Below, in pieces: positions 51,753 to 64,000 of a stretch of 64,000 nucleotides of DNA. Position 1 is the first letter of the stretch. Each line of letters starts with the position of its first letter. The stretch comes from Macrostomum lignano (Eukaryota), in the NCBI GenBank assembly GCA_002269645.1, contig NIVC01001525.1, forward strand, positions 1 to 64,000, written 5' to 3'. The translations under genes and the position numbers were made by a program. The notes beneath the pieces are model-generated. The model did not search any database. It worked only from the letters and a program-made list of their open reading frames with translations, and was not told where the DNA came from.

Positions 51753-53074
51753 TTTTAATCGATATTAATTGGCAAAAAAACATAAGTTTACGCTGAAGAT
51801 TGAAATAATAAATCACATGTTTAAGACCGAGTCGTTTAGCAAAAGGCACGAGCATGAATAGAACCAACAACTTATGGCAATAAGAAGCCAGCAGAAAACT
51901 TGAATACTTCACTGCTTACTTCACAATAATGTCTGTAAGAAAGTGCATGCGCACAATGCATTGGGAAATGCGGTTACTTGAACATGTGGTTTGAGCTAGA
52001 TGCATGCAGGCGCAATAAAAATAAATGCTCAGCCAAATTTAGAAAACTGCTATCCGTTTCGACTGGCTGGGTGAGTGACTTTTAAATATTTAAGTCGAAC
52101 TTGTTTTGTGCTTTTGTCCAACGTATTAAACAAATTATATATGCGAATTTTAGAAGTTGAAAATAGTAGAACACATTTTATGCAATAAGTAGAAAAAATT
52201 GATAGCCAGTATTCAAGAAAAGAGTATTAAGCCCTAAATTTTATTTCTTTGCTTTTGATAAAAGGATTAAAGTAAGCTGCTAAGCTGTTTTTGGCGTTTA
52301 CAATTTGTTTTACGGGGTTTTTAAAAAGTTTGTACAATAAATTTTCCAAGAAACCAAAAACGAAGATATCTTATTTATCGTGCTTTATCTGATCGACTCT
52401 TGTGGTTTGTAGGCTGTAAAGCCTGTAGGTGGTGTTGGCTATTTGGTATTTCAATGTGTGAAAACTACTTTTATTTCTGAGAATCATATTTATAAAAAAC
52501 AAATTAAAGCCTAGTTACTTACTTATGATTAACAACTTACAAAAGTTAATTAAGTAAAAAATAAAATTTGTATTTTAAGAGTAAGACAGACATTTGTCAT
52601 TGATTAAAAATCAACTAACATAATGTTACTTAGTTCTAAGAATTTGTTTTAGTAAGATTTGTGGTATATTTAAATTGGCATTGTATTACTTCATCGATAT
52701 TACTATTAGTCAAATTTAATTGAAAAAAATTATTCAATGTAACTTAATCTTTTGTAAATTTTAATTTTCTTTGCTAAAATTGTAATGATAAATGATTATA
52801 TACTATACCATAAAAAGTCAGAGTTTAAAAGTGTGGCTAGAGCTGGGGATTTGAGGTAAAGTTTTTTTTCTGTTCAGCAGAGTGCTGAGTTAAACTTAAA
52901 TAAATAGCTATTGCTATGCTAACTATAAGTAAGCTATTTTTTAGTTTTATCTGGCAAAACTAAACTGAAAATATATATTTTTTAAATAAAAAATACAAGT
53001 TATTCAATTTTTAACTTTATTAACTTAAGTCAGCCTCTTACTTTTGCTTCCCTTTAACTCATATTTGATGTTAC

Positions 53075-53589
53075 CCATAGTCAGGAAGGTGGCCTCTGAG
53101 GGGGAAAATTCCCGCGCACACAAGGCCCAAGGGGTCCTTGGCGCACTTGGCGCATAATCATGGCGCACACTGAGGTCCCTAGCGCATGCGGCGCATAATT
53201 GTGGCGCACAAGGTCCCTGACATGCATGAAAATTGTAATGCAAATTAACAATTTTACATAAAATAAAGGAGATTTGTATAGTCTAGAAAGTCAGTGATAA
53301 ACTTTTTGCTTCTTTAAAATTAACAGTAAATAAAATTAGTATAAATTATTGCTAAAAACATGAATTTTGCATTACTCTATTTGTAGGTATAATTTAAGTT
53401 TGTTTAAAATGAAAATATGCGTAACATTTTAAAAGGCTTTTCGTACAAAGGCCTTTCTTAGAAAACTCTACTTGTGAAAAGTGGCGCACAGATGGCGCAC
53501 AGACAGTACACACATGGCGCATAGACGGTGTACAAATTGTTCCAAAAAAAATTATTCTGGCACACACTGTGCCACCTTCCTGACTATGG
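53075..53589. mobile_element. Non-autonomous DNA transposon (MITE) with 8-bp TSD
   Basis: Perfect 19-bp TIR CCATAGTCAGGAAGGTGGC; TSD GATGTTAC at 53067-53074 and 53590-53597; subterminal TGGCGCA repeats. Confidence 0.93.
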
Positions 53590-56500
53590 GATGTTACAAG
53601 TTTAAAACTATAATTGCAAGACCTAAAATATACTTGGCAATAGTCAAAAGTTCCATCTTCTAAGCTATAGTTAAGATTGTATATAGAGATACTAATACTA
53701 GGATCCTAGTTTTGAAAAATACCAGTTTTGGGCCATTTTTTAAATATTACCAATACCAGTATTAGGGTCCAATATTGGTCTAATATAGGTCTAAAAGGTC
53801 AGTATTTTTTTAAATTTGTAGTTTTTTGTTTAAATTGCATTTTCCTAGAAATTAACAAATGATTTGGCTATGGCTTTTTAGCTTTTTCATTTTTTAAATT
53901 CTGTATTAGTCAATAGGCCTACCAATACCAATTTATGCTACTATAAAGAGTAAGCCTGGGGAGACTCCTGGTGGCATAAGTGTCCAAGTGGCAGAACACT
54001 ATCTAATCAATTCAATGGAGAGAGAGAGAAGAAGGGCTACATAGTAGATTGGAGTTGCCTGGGAAATGGGCATACTTATTGGGAATTTAAATAGCTAATA
54101 GGGAATTCTAACAGTTAATAAGGTATGCTGGCATAGAGAGTGGGATGTTTAATAGGGAGTGGGGGTAGGAGGAAGGCAGAATGCTTAATGAAGGAGGTTG
54201 GCAATAGACCTGATGGGGTGTAAGAAGGCAGGATGCCTGATTATGGGAGAGGGTTAAAATGGTCAAGAAGTTTAGTGGGATAAATAGGTAGAATTGAAAC
54301 TATCAGTAGAAGATGCATGATTTTTGTGATCTATTTAACAAACAATATAGCTGTCTATGTATTAAGGTAAATATGATAAGGCAATGAATAAGGTAAGGCT
54401 AGTAAGAATGCTACTAAAATGATAATTACTATATAAACAATTACTACTATTTCACAAATTGATTGGATTTAAAAGTCACGACAATTCAAATAAATGATTT
54501 ATATAATATAATACATTCAACAGATAGGCAATAAGAAAAAAATAGGAAAAATGCAATAAAATTTGAATTTTTGAAATTTGAGAGCCAATTAATATGAAAA
54601 AGCTATTGAATACCTGGCACAGTATTCAAAACTAGTATTGGCAAAATTCCAGTATTGAATACCAGGATCCTGGTATTGGGCAAGTCTAATATTTTAGCAT
54701 CCCTAATTGTATATTATTATACACTAGGTCTAGTGGGGGGAAGTATGGGATTATGTTTGTATACTAGGACTAAAATCTCATCAATCCCAGAATTTCTAGG
54801 ACAAATCCTAGCAATCCCAGAAAGTTTTCAACTATGTACATCTTTTCATTCTTGAATTTATTATTCATGCGAAGTAAGAAACTTAAAAAACTACAAACTT
54901 TTTCAATGTGCACAGAGAAAAGACAGATATATAAAAAAAGTACTTTAAATACTTTTATCTGCTAAATATAAAGAAAAAACAAGTTTTGTAGGGCACAAAG
55001 TTTAAAATTGTTTTTTTATTCCTTTGTTCCATGAATGCATGATAATAGTGTTGCATATAGGCTAGGCCTATTTTATATATTTATAAGGCACTTTATTTGA
55101 TCCTATATGCCATAGATCTAAGCTGAAAATTTTCTACTGTGTCATGTATGCTGGGATATATGTTGATATGCTAAAAAATGGCAAGTACCTTTATCGCAAA
55201 TAATGCAACTTATGGCATATATGAAGCTTATTGCCATTTGCCAGAGGTAGCTTGGGTCTATTTAATGGTACAAAATAGAAGCTGCCACACTGAGCCAATG
55301 CTGTTAATCAACTAGAAAATAGCTACAACTGCATATTGTGCTAGCCTTCTCAGTCCTTAGACACAAGTCTTATTAAGCAAATTGGGACTTCCTAAAATAT
55401 AGAATTCAAAAAGAAAATCTATTATAGAATGTTTTGGAGCTATATCATACCATTAAACATGCTTGGCAGTAGCTTCCCTATGACTTTTTGTATTGCCTCA
55501 TCATACGTGCGCAACAGTCGGCCAAGTCGGCCGATCTGGCCAACCAATTTGGCGGCCAACCAAGGAAGTCGCAAAAATGCCCACCCAAAAAAACACCCAA
55601 GTAGTAGTACTAAGTAGCTGACAAGGAATTTTGGCTTAATAAGACAGTGCAAATACTCCTGCCATTTACCCAAAGTTGCATTAATTTTGCTTTAGGGTTT
55701 TTTATATGTAAGTCATATTTTTGGCCAAAAACTATGTTGCATTTTTGTTAAAACTAAGTTGCATGGCCGACTGAATTTTGGAGGTTGCAAATGTATGTGC
55801 CTCATCTTGGGGATGCTTTATAGACTGATCCCATACACATTGTTAGGCATTGCAATTTTATTTGCATATTGTACAAAAAAATAAACTGTTATGATTATAT
55901 AACTATTGTCTATTATTATTCAATCCACTTTCTCTTCTTTGCAATGGCTTAATTATATAACTTAAGTGAATGTTAAATTATGAAAAAGAAATTGTTTCTA
56001 TAAGTGAGTAAATTTTCATCTTGCTTTTAAGGTAAAAATTTTGATTTGCTGAGTATATATTAGGATATATTCTGGAAGATGCTATGCATTTTGAACTTTT
56101 CTGGTATGTATTCTAAAACTTTAATCTGCACAATTTGCAAGTAAAAAATGTTTAGTTGTTAGCATATACATTATTCTTATAAAGGTTTATAGATTTGCAT
56201 TATTATTTTACTAAAATATTTCTACAATTTAATTATTAGTTGGATGCAATGTTTTTATAAATAAATATAGTAACCTATTGAAAATGTCAAAATGAGGGTT
56301 AATCTTGAAAGTAAATTAAACAAAATTCATTCAGTCAGTCAGTCAGTCAGTGAGTCAGTCAGTCAGTCAGATAGACAGACAAGACCACTATTGCTTTAAA
56401 ACAATCAGGGTATGATATTTGTCTATGGTATAAAGTATCAAGACAAAGCAGTGACTTGAAAAAGATATGCATGTTTGATCACAGACTTTCCAAACAATCC

Positions 56501-57565
56501 TCATATTACAAGCTATATTGACTAATATTATGATTAAATAATTTAATGAAGGCAACCTTTAGAAGGCAAAGTGAGACAATATAATTGAGGGGGCAGTCAG
56601 AAAGCATAATAAATACCAAACAAAAGCAGATAGCAGCCAAGCCTAGCCAATTAGTGCACTGCACAGGATAGAGATGTCCCTTCGGAGGGAGGAGGAAAAG
56701 AGAAAAGAGCCTAATTAGTCTGCAGAAAAGCTGAAGCTAAGTTAGTTTAATTTTTAGTGCTATATTAAAAAAACAATATCAAATATAAGTCTAGATAAGT
56801 ACTAGGTTTATAAGGTTTTGTTTAAAGTTAGGCCCATGTGTCTGCAATAGATTTGAGTTAAAAGTTGGAACCCAATTTTCTTGATTTTAGAAAAAATATC
56901 GAAATAAAAAGTGTTATGTTGCATGATAAACTTTATTTATTGTTTCTTAACAAGTCTCAGTATGAAAGTTTACTATATCACTAAATAGTTCAATTAAAAA
57001 TTTTCGATTATATCTTGATCAGTTAAAGAGACATCAATGCTAATAATTTCAACTAGATATTTTTAAGCACCATTTTATCTGATTATAAAATTTTATTCCA
57101 AAGTCACAAGCTGCATAAATGTCATAATGTACTTGCAAATGTATGCCAGTCTAGTCTGAAGTGGTATGGTTACATAGGTCTTCGAGTCCTGAACTTTTCA
57201 ATGTCACTAGTACCTCAAATGCATAAGCGATGTATTAGTGCAGTTGCCTATTCAGGTTACCAAGTGGCCACCGTTTTGTGCAGACGATGCTTTAGAGATG
57301 ACATTCATGCCCAGTAGCAGATGGGAGGGGGGAGTGCAGGCAGACTGGCTTCTTATTGATCAGCCAATGACAATCTGTGCATGCGGATTCACTGTCTAAC
57401 TGCTTTTGTATAAATTCAAGCCGCGGAAACCGACTTCACAATTAGTAATTCCTCGTACTTGCTAAATGCTATAACATTATGCTACAGAAAGTAGTTTGTT
57501 AATATTGCTTGTTCCAGTATCTAAGCGAACTAATACTTCGATTCTGCATTAAACGTGGCAGAAGT

Positions 57566-57880
57566 CCGACGCTATCAAAGACGTAAACGATCCGAAACCT
57601 GACGCTATCGAAGGTGTAAACGCTCCAAAACTTGACGCTGTCGAAGGCGTAGACGAGCTCCGAAACCTGACGCTATCGAAGGTTTAAACGCTCCGAAACC
57701 TGACGCTGTCGAAGGTTTAAACGCTCCGAAACCTGACGCTATCGAAGGTTTAAACGCTCCGAAACCTGACGCTATCGAAGGTTTAAACGCTCCGAAACCT
57801 GACGCTATCGAAGGTTTAAACGCTCCGAAACCTGACGCTATCGAAGGTTTAAACGCTCCGAAACCAGACGCTATCGAAGG
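57566..57880. repeat. 33-bp tandem repeat, about 9 units, just upstream of the Kv4 start
   Basis: Unit GAAACCTGACGCTATCGAAGGTTTAAACGCTCC; the first copies are degenerate. Confidence 0.95.
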
Positions 57881-57911
57881 CATAGTAAGACCCGATCCCT
57901 GACCAGCCAAC

Positions 57912-59020
57912 ATGGCAGCCGTGGCCGCTTGGCTGCCATTCGCCCGAGCAGCGGCCATCGGCTGGGTGCCGGTAGCCCAGGGCCCGATGCCGCCTCCGCC
58001 GGTGCGGGGTCGCGACTGCGGCAAGTCGGACGAGAAGCTGATCATCAGCGTGTCCGGCCGCAAATTCGTCACGTGGCGCAACACACTGGAAAAATATCCG
58101 GACACTCTGCTCGGCAGCGACGAGAAGGAGTACTTCTACGACGACGACAGCAAGCAGTACTTCTTTGACCGAGACCCGGACCTGTTCCGTCACATCCTGG
58201 CCTACTACCGCACTGGCAAGCTGCACTGCCCGAAGCACGAGTGCATCACGGCCTACGACGAAGAGCTGGCGTTCTTCGGCATCATGCCGGACATCATGGG
58301 CGACTGCTGCTACGAGGAGTATCGCGATAAAAAGCGCGAGAACAACGAGCGACTAATGGACGACAAAGACTCCGATACGGAGAACAAGATGCCAAACACT
58401 ACCATGCGAGAGAAGCTGTGGTGCGCGTTCGAAAATCCGCAGTCTTCAACTACCGCGCTAGTGATTTACTACGTGACAGGATTCTTCATAGCACTGTCGG
58501 TGCTGGCTAACGTACTGGAGACCATTCCCTGCGGCATTGTGCCTGGCACCCTAACTAACCCGGCTTGCGGTGACAAATTTAATCAGGCATTCTTCTGCTT
58601 GGACACCGCCTGCGTCCTCATCTTCACAGTCGAGTACGGTGCGAGGTTCTACGCTGCGCCCTACCGGTTGAAACATATGCGGGCCGTGATGAGCGTCATT
58701 GACATTGTGGCCATCCTGCCGTATTACATCGGTCTGTTCATGCCGGATAACAAAGACCTGAGCGGCGCGTTCGTTACGCTGCGAGTGTTCCGAGTGTTTC
58801 GTATCTTCAAATTCTCCCGACACTCGATGGGCTTGAGAATTCTGGGCTACACGTTGAAGTCCTGCGTGTCTGAGCTGGGCTTCCTGCTATTCTCAATGAC
58901 CATGGCTGTCATCATATTCGCCACTATCATGTACTACGCCGAGAAGAACCAGCCGAAGACTACATTTGTGTCAATTCCGGCTGCGTTTTGGTATACAATT
59001 GTTACCATGACAACGCTTGG
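57912..59020 (+). CDS. Shal: Voltage-gated K+ channel Shal/Kv4, coding exon 1 (N-terminus, T1, S1-S5, start of pore)
   Basis: [18 protein letters not shown]; T1 with H-x5-C...CC; S4 [15 protein letters not shown]; [13 protein letters not shown] followed by a phase-2 GG|GTGAGT donor. The remaining exons were not seen in the window. Confidence 0.97.
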
Positions 59021-60000
59021 GTGAGTCTCACAGATGCAAGTGTGACACACGCTATTGGCTTTTGCACCGCCAGTGCAGGATGCATTTCAGATCAGAAGCG
59101 CTCTTGTCTCCTCAATTTTGAAACCCGTCTGAAATGCGAGAAATTAAATCTGTCGTTAGAAAAAAATACTGATTTTCCAGAATTTCAACCAGAACACGAT
59201 TTCCAATTCCAATGTGTCTGTCGCCAGTGCTGAGCCTTTTTGACAACATACACGCACTCACACTCAGACAACGGGGGATCATGTTTTTCGATGTAGACAG
59301 GAGCTCAGATAGCGCCCTGATTAATCCCCAAGCTTCGGATTGATGCGACAGAGAGAGAAGCAGAGAGAGAGAGGGGGAGAGAGAGAGACGAAACACGAGG
59401 CGTTGAGTGAGTTAGAGCACTCTCTCAAGGGCAAGGTGGGTCGGGAGCAGAGAGAGAGAGATAAAGAAGCATCAGCTCCCTTGAGCAGTCCCCAATCTTT
59501 TAGATCAAATCCCCTACCGGCTAGAAAATCAGCTTAAGCTTTGCTGATTTATGAGCTCGCCCGAGTGCTGCGGAGAGGCGGATGGATCACATTTTAATCT
59601 GCTGGCCCCCTCATATTTCTCTCGCCGGCTATCTCAGCTCGCTCATCTGATCCCGCTCTTCTCTCCTCTCACCTTTTTGGCCTCTCCACACCGGCCGGCG
59701 CAGTTAAGGACGAGTGGGTGTGGGGGACGCGGCGTGGCGCATCCGGGAGGGCCAGAGAGGGGCTGCTGCTGGGGATGGGTGGCCCATCTTGATCGATACG
59801 AGCTGTGCGGGGGCTGACGGTGAGTGAAGAGGGGATATGGAAAGTGTGAGCTGCCTTGCTCTGCTTTGATGCCATTGCTGCTCAGGTTATCCGCTCTCAG
59901 CGATGCCCAATGCGCTTTCCTCCCCTGTCCGTCTCTCTTATGCAGGATGCACGGATTGCTTCTGCCGCCCTGGTGTGAATTAATCCTGCTCAGCTGGGGA

Positions 60001-60328
60001 CTGACTGACTGACTGACTGACTGACTGACTGACTGACTGACTGACTGACTGACTGACTGACTGACTGACTGACTGACTGACTGACTGACTGACTGACTGA
60101 CTGACTGACTGACTGACTGACTGACTGACTGACTGACTGACTGACTGACTGACTGACTGACTGACTGACTGACTGACTGACTGACTGACTGACTGACTGA
60201 CTGACTGACTGACTGACTGACTGACTGACTGACTGACTGACTGACTGACTGACTGACTGACTGACTGACTGACTGACTGACTGACTGACTGACTGACTGA
60301 CTGACTGACTGACTGACTGACTGACTGA
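60001..60328. repeat. (CTGA)82 microsatellite in Kv4 intron 1
   Basis: Perfect tetranucleotide run followed by a few GTCT units. Confidence 0.99.
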
Positions 60329-60982
60329 CGGTCTGTCTGTCTGTCCGCCCTACCCAATCAGTGTTAAACTGCAGGAAGCAATTTTTGAAAATGTGAAACT
60401 CCGCAGCAAATTTCGTGGCGGAATTTCTGGAATTCTGGCCAAAAAAGCAATCCAGGCAAAATTGAAAGCAACAATGTTCATTAGCTTCTTCGGCTACCCA
60501 GTTAGCAAGATCCATTAGAGGGAATCATTTTACGGAGAGGCTGTCTCGAGCTTAAGCCCTGCCTAGTTTGTAAAGTAGGCCCTCCTAGTGCAGCAATGGG
60601 TATTATCATCTATTAGCCTTTAAGCTTAGGTGAACTGCATTTCTTTTTTTACCTTTCATTCATTTCACTTTCGCAATTAGTCGGGCACAATGCGCTAGGA
60701 TTTAACCTAGCAGAAAAAGTGCAAGTCCAATCCGGCTGTTCCGCCCGGCAGGCAACAGCTGAATGAGAGGCAGTGCTGGTCAGCGCCCACTGCCATAAGC
60801 ACTGTGCACTCGCCAACTGTGTGCATAGCGCGTGGGCTGTTGGCTCAGCTAAGTCATTAGTGGTAAATGTCGCACTATTATTACAGTTCATTTCTTTGCC
60901 AATAAACCCAAACAGTTTTGTCCGTGCTTGCACGCTTCAATTGAAACTTTGGTTTCCGGTTCCTTTTGTGACTCTAATTGGA

Positions 60983-63259
60983 TTGGATTGCTAATCTATG
61001 CTACTGAGGATGTAGTGGATTGCTAATCTATGCTGCTGAGGATGTAGTGGATTGCTAATCTATGCTGCTGAGGATGTAGTGGATTGCTAATCTATGCTAC
61101 TGAGGATGTAGTGGATTGCTAATCTATGCTGCTGAGGATGTAGTGGATTGCTAATCTATGCTGCTGAGGATGTAGTGGATTGCTAATCTATGCTACTGAG
61201 GATGTAGTGGATTGCTAATCTATGCTACTGAGGATGCAGTGGATTGCTAATCTATGCTACTGAGGATGTAGTGGATTGCTAATCTATGCTACTGAGGATG
61301 TAGTGGATTGCTAATCTATGCTGCTGAGGATGTAGTGGATTGCTAATCTATGCTGCTGAGGATGTAGTGGATTGCTAATCTATGCTACTGAGGATGTAGT
61401 GGATTGCTAATCTATGCTACTGAGGATGTAGTGGATTGCTAATCTATGCTGCTGAGGATGTAGTGGATTGCTAATCTATGCTGCTGAGGATGTAGTGGAT
61501 TGCTAATCTATGCTACTAAGGATGTAGTGGATTGCTAATCTATGCTGCTGAGGATGAAGTGGATTGCTAATCTATGCTGCTGAGGATGTAGTGGATTGCT
61601 AATCTATGCTACTAAGGATGTAGTGGATTGCTAATCTATGCTACTGAGGATTTACTTAGTGGATTGCTAATCTATGCTGCTGAGGATTTAGTTAGTGGAT
61701 TGCTAATCTATGCTACTGAGGATTTAGTTAGTGGATTGCTAATCTATGCTACTGAGGATTTAGTTAGTGGATTGCTAATCTATGCTACTGAGGATTTAGT
61801 TAGTGGATTGCTAATCTATGCTGCTGAGGATGTAGTGGATTGCTAATCTATGCTACTGAGGATGTAGTGGATTGCTAATCTATGCTACTGAGGATTTAGT
61901 TAGTGGATTGCTAATCTATGCTACTGAGGATTTAGTTAGTGGATTGCTAATCTATGCTACTGAGGATTTAGTTAGTGGATTGCTAATCTATGCTGCTGAG
62001 GATGTAGTGGATTGCTAATCTATGCTGCTGAGGATGTAGTGGATTGCTAATCTATGCTACTGAGGATGTAGTGGATTGCTAATCTATGCTGCTGAGGATG
62101 AAGTGGATTGCTAATCTATGCTGCTGAGGATTTAGTTAGTGGATTGCTAATCTATGCTACTGAGGATGTAGTGGATTGCTAATCTATGCTACTAAGGATG
62201 TAGTGGATTGCTAATCTATGCTGCTGAGGATGTAGTGGATTGCTAATCTATGCTACAGAGGATATAATGGATTGCTAATCTATGCTACTGAGGATGTAGT
62301 GGATTGCTAATCTATGCTGCTGAGGATGAAGTGGATTGCTAATCTATGCTGCTGAGGATTTAGTTAGTGGATTGCTAATCTATGCTACTGAGGATTTAGT
62401 TAGTGGATTGCTAATCTATGCTACTGAGGATTTAGTTAGTGGATTGCTAATCTATGCTACTGAGGATTTAGTTAGTGGATTGCTAATCTATGCTGCTGAG
62501 GATTTAGTTAGTGGATTGCTAATCTATGCTGCTGAGGATTTATTTAGTGGATTGCTAATCTATGCTACTGAGGATTTAGTTAGTGGATTGCTAATCTATG
62601 CTGCTGAGGATTTAGTTAGTGGATTGCTAATCTATGCTACTGAGGATTTAGTTAGTGGATTGCTAATCTATGCTACTGAGGATTTAGTTAGTGGATTGCT
62701 AATCTATGCTGCTGAGGATTTAGTTAGTGGATTGCTAATCTATGCTACTGAGGATGTAGTGGATTGCTAATCTATGCTACTGAGGATGTAGTGGATTGCT
62801 AATCTTTGCTTCTGAGGATGCAGTGGATTGCTAATCTATGCTACTGAGGATGTAGTGGATTGCTAATCTATGCTACTGAGGATGTAGTGGATTGCTAATC
62901 TATGCTGCTGAGGATGTAGTGGATTGCTAATCTATGCTACTGAGGATGTAGTTAGTGGATTGCTAATCTATGCTACTGAGGATGTAGTGGATTGCTAATC
63001 TATGCTACTGAGGATGTAGTGGATTGCTAATCTATGCTACTGAGGATGTAGTGGATTGCTAATCTATGCTACTGAGGATGTAGTGGATTGCTAATCTATG
63101 CTACTGAGGATGTAGTGGATTGCTAATCTATGCTACTGAGGATGTAGTGGATTGCTAATCTATGCTACTGAGGATGTAGTGGATTGCTAATCTATGCTAC
63201 TGAGGATGTAGTGGATTGCTAATCTATGCTACAGAAGATATAGTGGATTGCTAATCTAT
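60983..63259. repeat. 32/36-bp minisatellite, about 2.3 kb
   Basis: Units CTATGCT(A/G)CTGAGGATGTAGTGGATTGCTAAT and a 36-bp variant containing GATTTAGTTAGTGG. Confidence 0.98.
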
Positions 63260-63684
63260 CCTTGCGAAAAAGTTTTGACCCCATTTGTGTATCAGTCAGA
63301 AAGGGATAAAAAAATCCTACAAGAAGGCATTCATACGCAGCAATCCGCCTAGCAGCCCACCCGTCAGCCTCGCCGTGGGACATTCGCCATAGCAACCAGT
63401 TTGCCTTGGGGATTCGCACGCTTGGGTGGCATTTTGTCTGCGCATTTCTTCAGGAGTTCTTCAGCGTAACGTCAACTACTGCTGCTGCTGCAGGGTCTAG
63501 TGCTGGACTGGCATAGTAGCATAGCGGAATGGGGGATTACTGGCTCGGTCCTTTACTGGGCGGCTGCAAATGAACGCAGTTTTTTCTTTTTTCTTTTCTG
63601 CATTTACCTGTCCAACTTAGCAGTTTCCCTCTGTGATGCCTATCTTTTATCAGACAGCCTGAATATGGTTATACCACTTGTGGC

Positions 63685-63999
63685 TGTCAGACTTTTTGAC
63701 AATATTAAACTACAGAAAATGTCAGACTTTATTGACAATTAAACTACAGAAAGTGCCTGACTTTATTGACAATTAAACTACAGAAAGTGTCAATTTTTTT
63801 GACAATTGAACTACAGAAAGTGTCAGACTTTATTGAGAATTAAACTACACAGAAAGTGTCAGACTTTATTGACAATTCAAGTATAGAAAGTGTCAGACTT
63901 TATTGACAATTAAACTACAGAAAGTGTCCGACTTTATTGACAATTAAACTACAGAAAGTGTCAGACTTTATTGACAATTAAACTACAGAAAGTGTCAAT
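63685..63999. repeat. 34-bp tandem repeat running off the window end
   Basis: Unit GTCAGACTTTATTGACAATTAAACTACAGAAAGT, about 9 copies. Confidence 0.95.
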
Positions 64000-64000
64000 T

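Noticed and set aside
51800-57400. Coding potential in the AT-rich interval
   Set aside because: Only short low-complexity ORFs and repeat fragments; no supported exons.
57605-58238. Minus-strand ORFs including SIASGFGAFKP repeats
   Set aside because: Antisense to the highly conserved Kv4 exon plus a 33-bp repeat; shadow ORFs.
59643-60515. 290-aa SQSV ORF
   Set aside because: Translation of the (CTGA)n microsatellite.
61628-62770. ORFs of repeated LLIYATEDLVSG
   Set aside because: By-product of 36-bp units (a multiple of 3); 32-bp units break the frame.
60983-63259. CRISPR-like array
   Set aside because: Units are contiguous with no unique spacers, there are no cas genes, and the context is a eukaryotic intron.

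Overview
Intron-rich, AT-rich invertebrate genomic DNA. Short introns, GC3-rich exons and long (CAGA)n/(CTGA)n tracts suggest a Macrostomum-like flatworm, but this is inference only. The window is dominated by one plus-strand locus, about 4707-44292 with roughly 70 exons and roughly 7,000 codons by hand tracing. It looks like a giant polycystin-1 (PKD1-like) gene: signal peptide; four repeated discoidin/F5-8C plus C-type-lectin modules with F-type-lectin, kringle-like, WSC and fibrinogen-like domains; then PKD repeats, REJ, a non-canonical GPS, a degenerate PLAT and an 11-TM polycystin region. A few joins could not be traced, and several need a +1 base in a homopolymer. Its introns carry Ty3/Gypsy remnants (one hit by a mariner), Tc1 derivatives, MITEs and tRNA-derived SINEs. 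To the right lie an orphan 3-exon gene, a PIMT copy broken by a microhomology-type deletion, an 8-bp-TSD MITE, exon 1 of a Shal/Kv4 channel and several micro- and minisatellites. No CRISPR array, rRNA or intact tRNA gene was seen.
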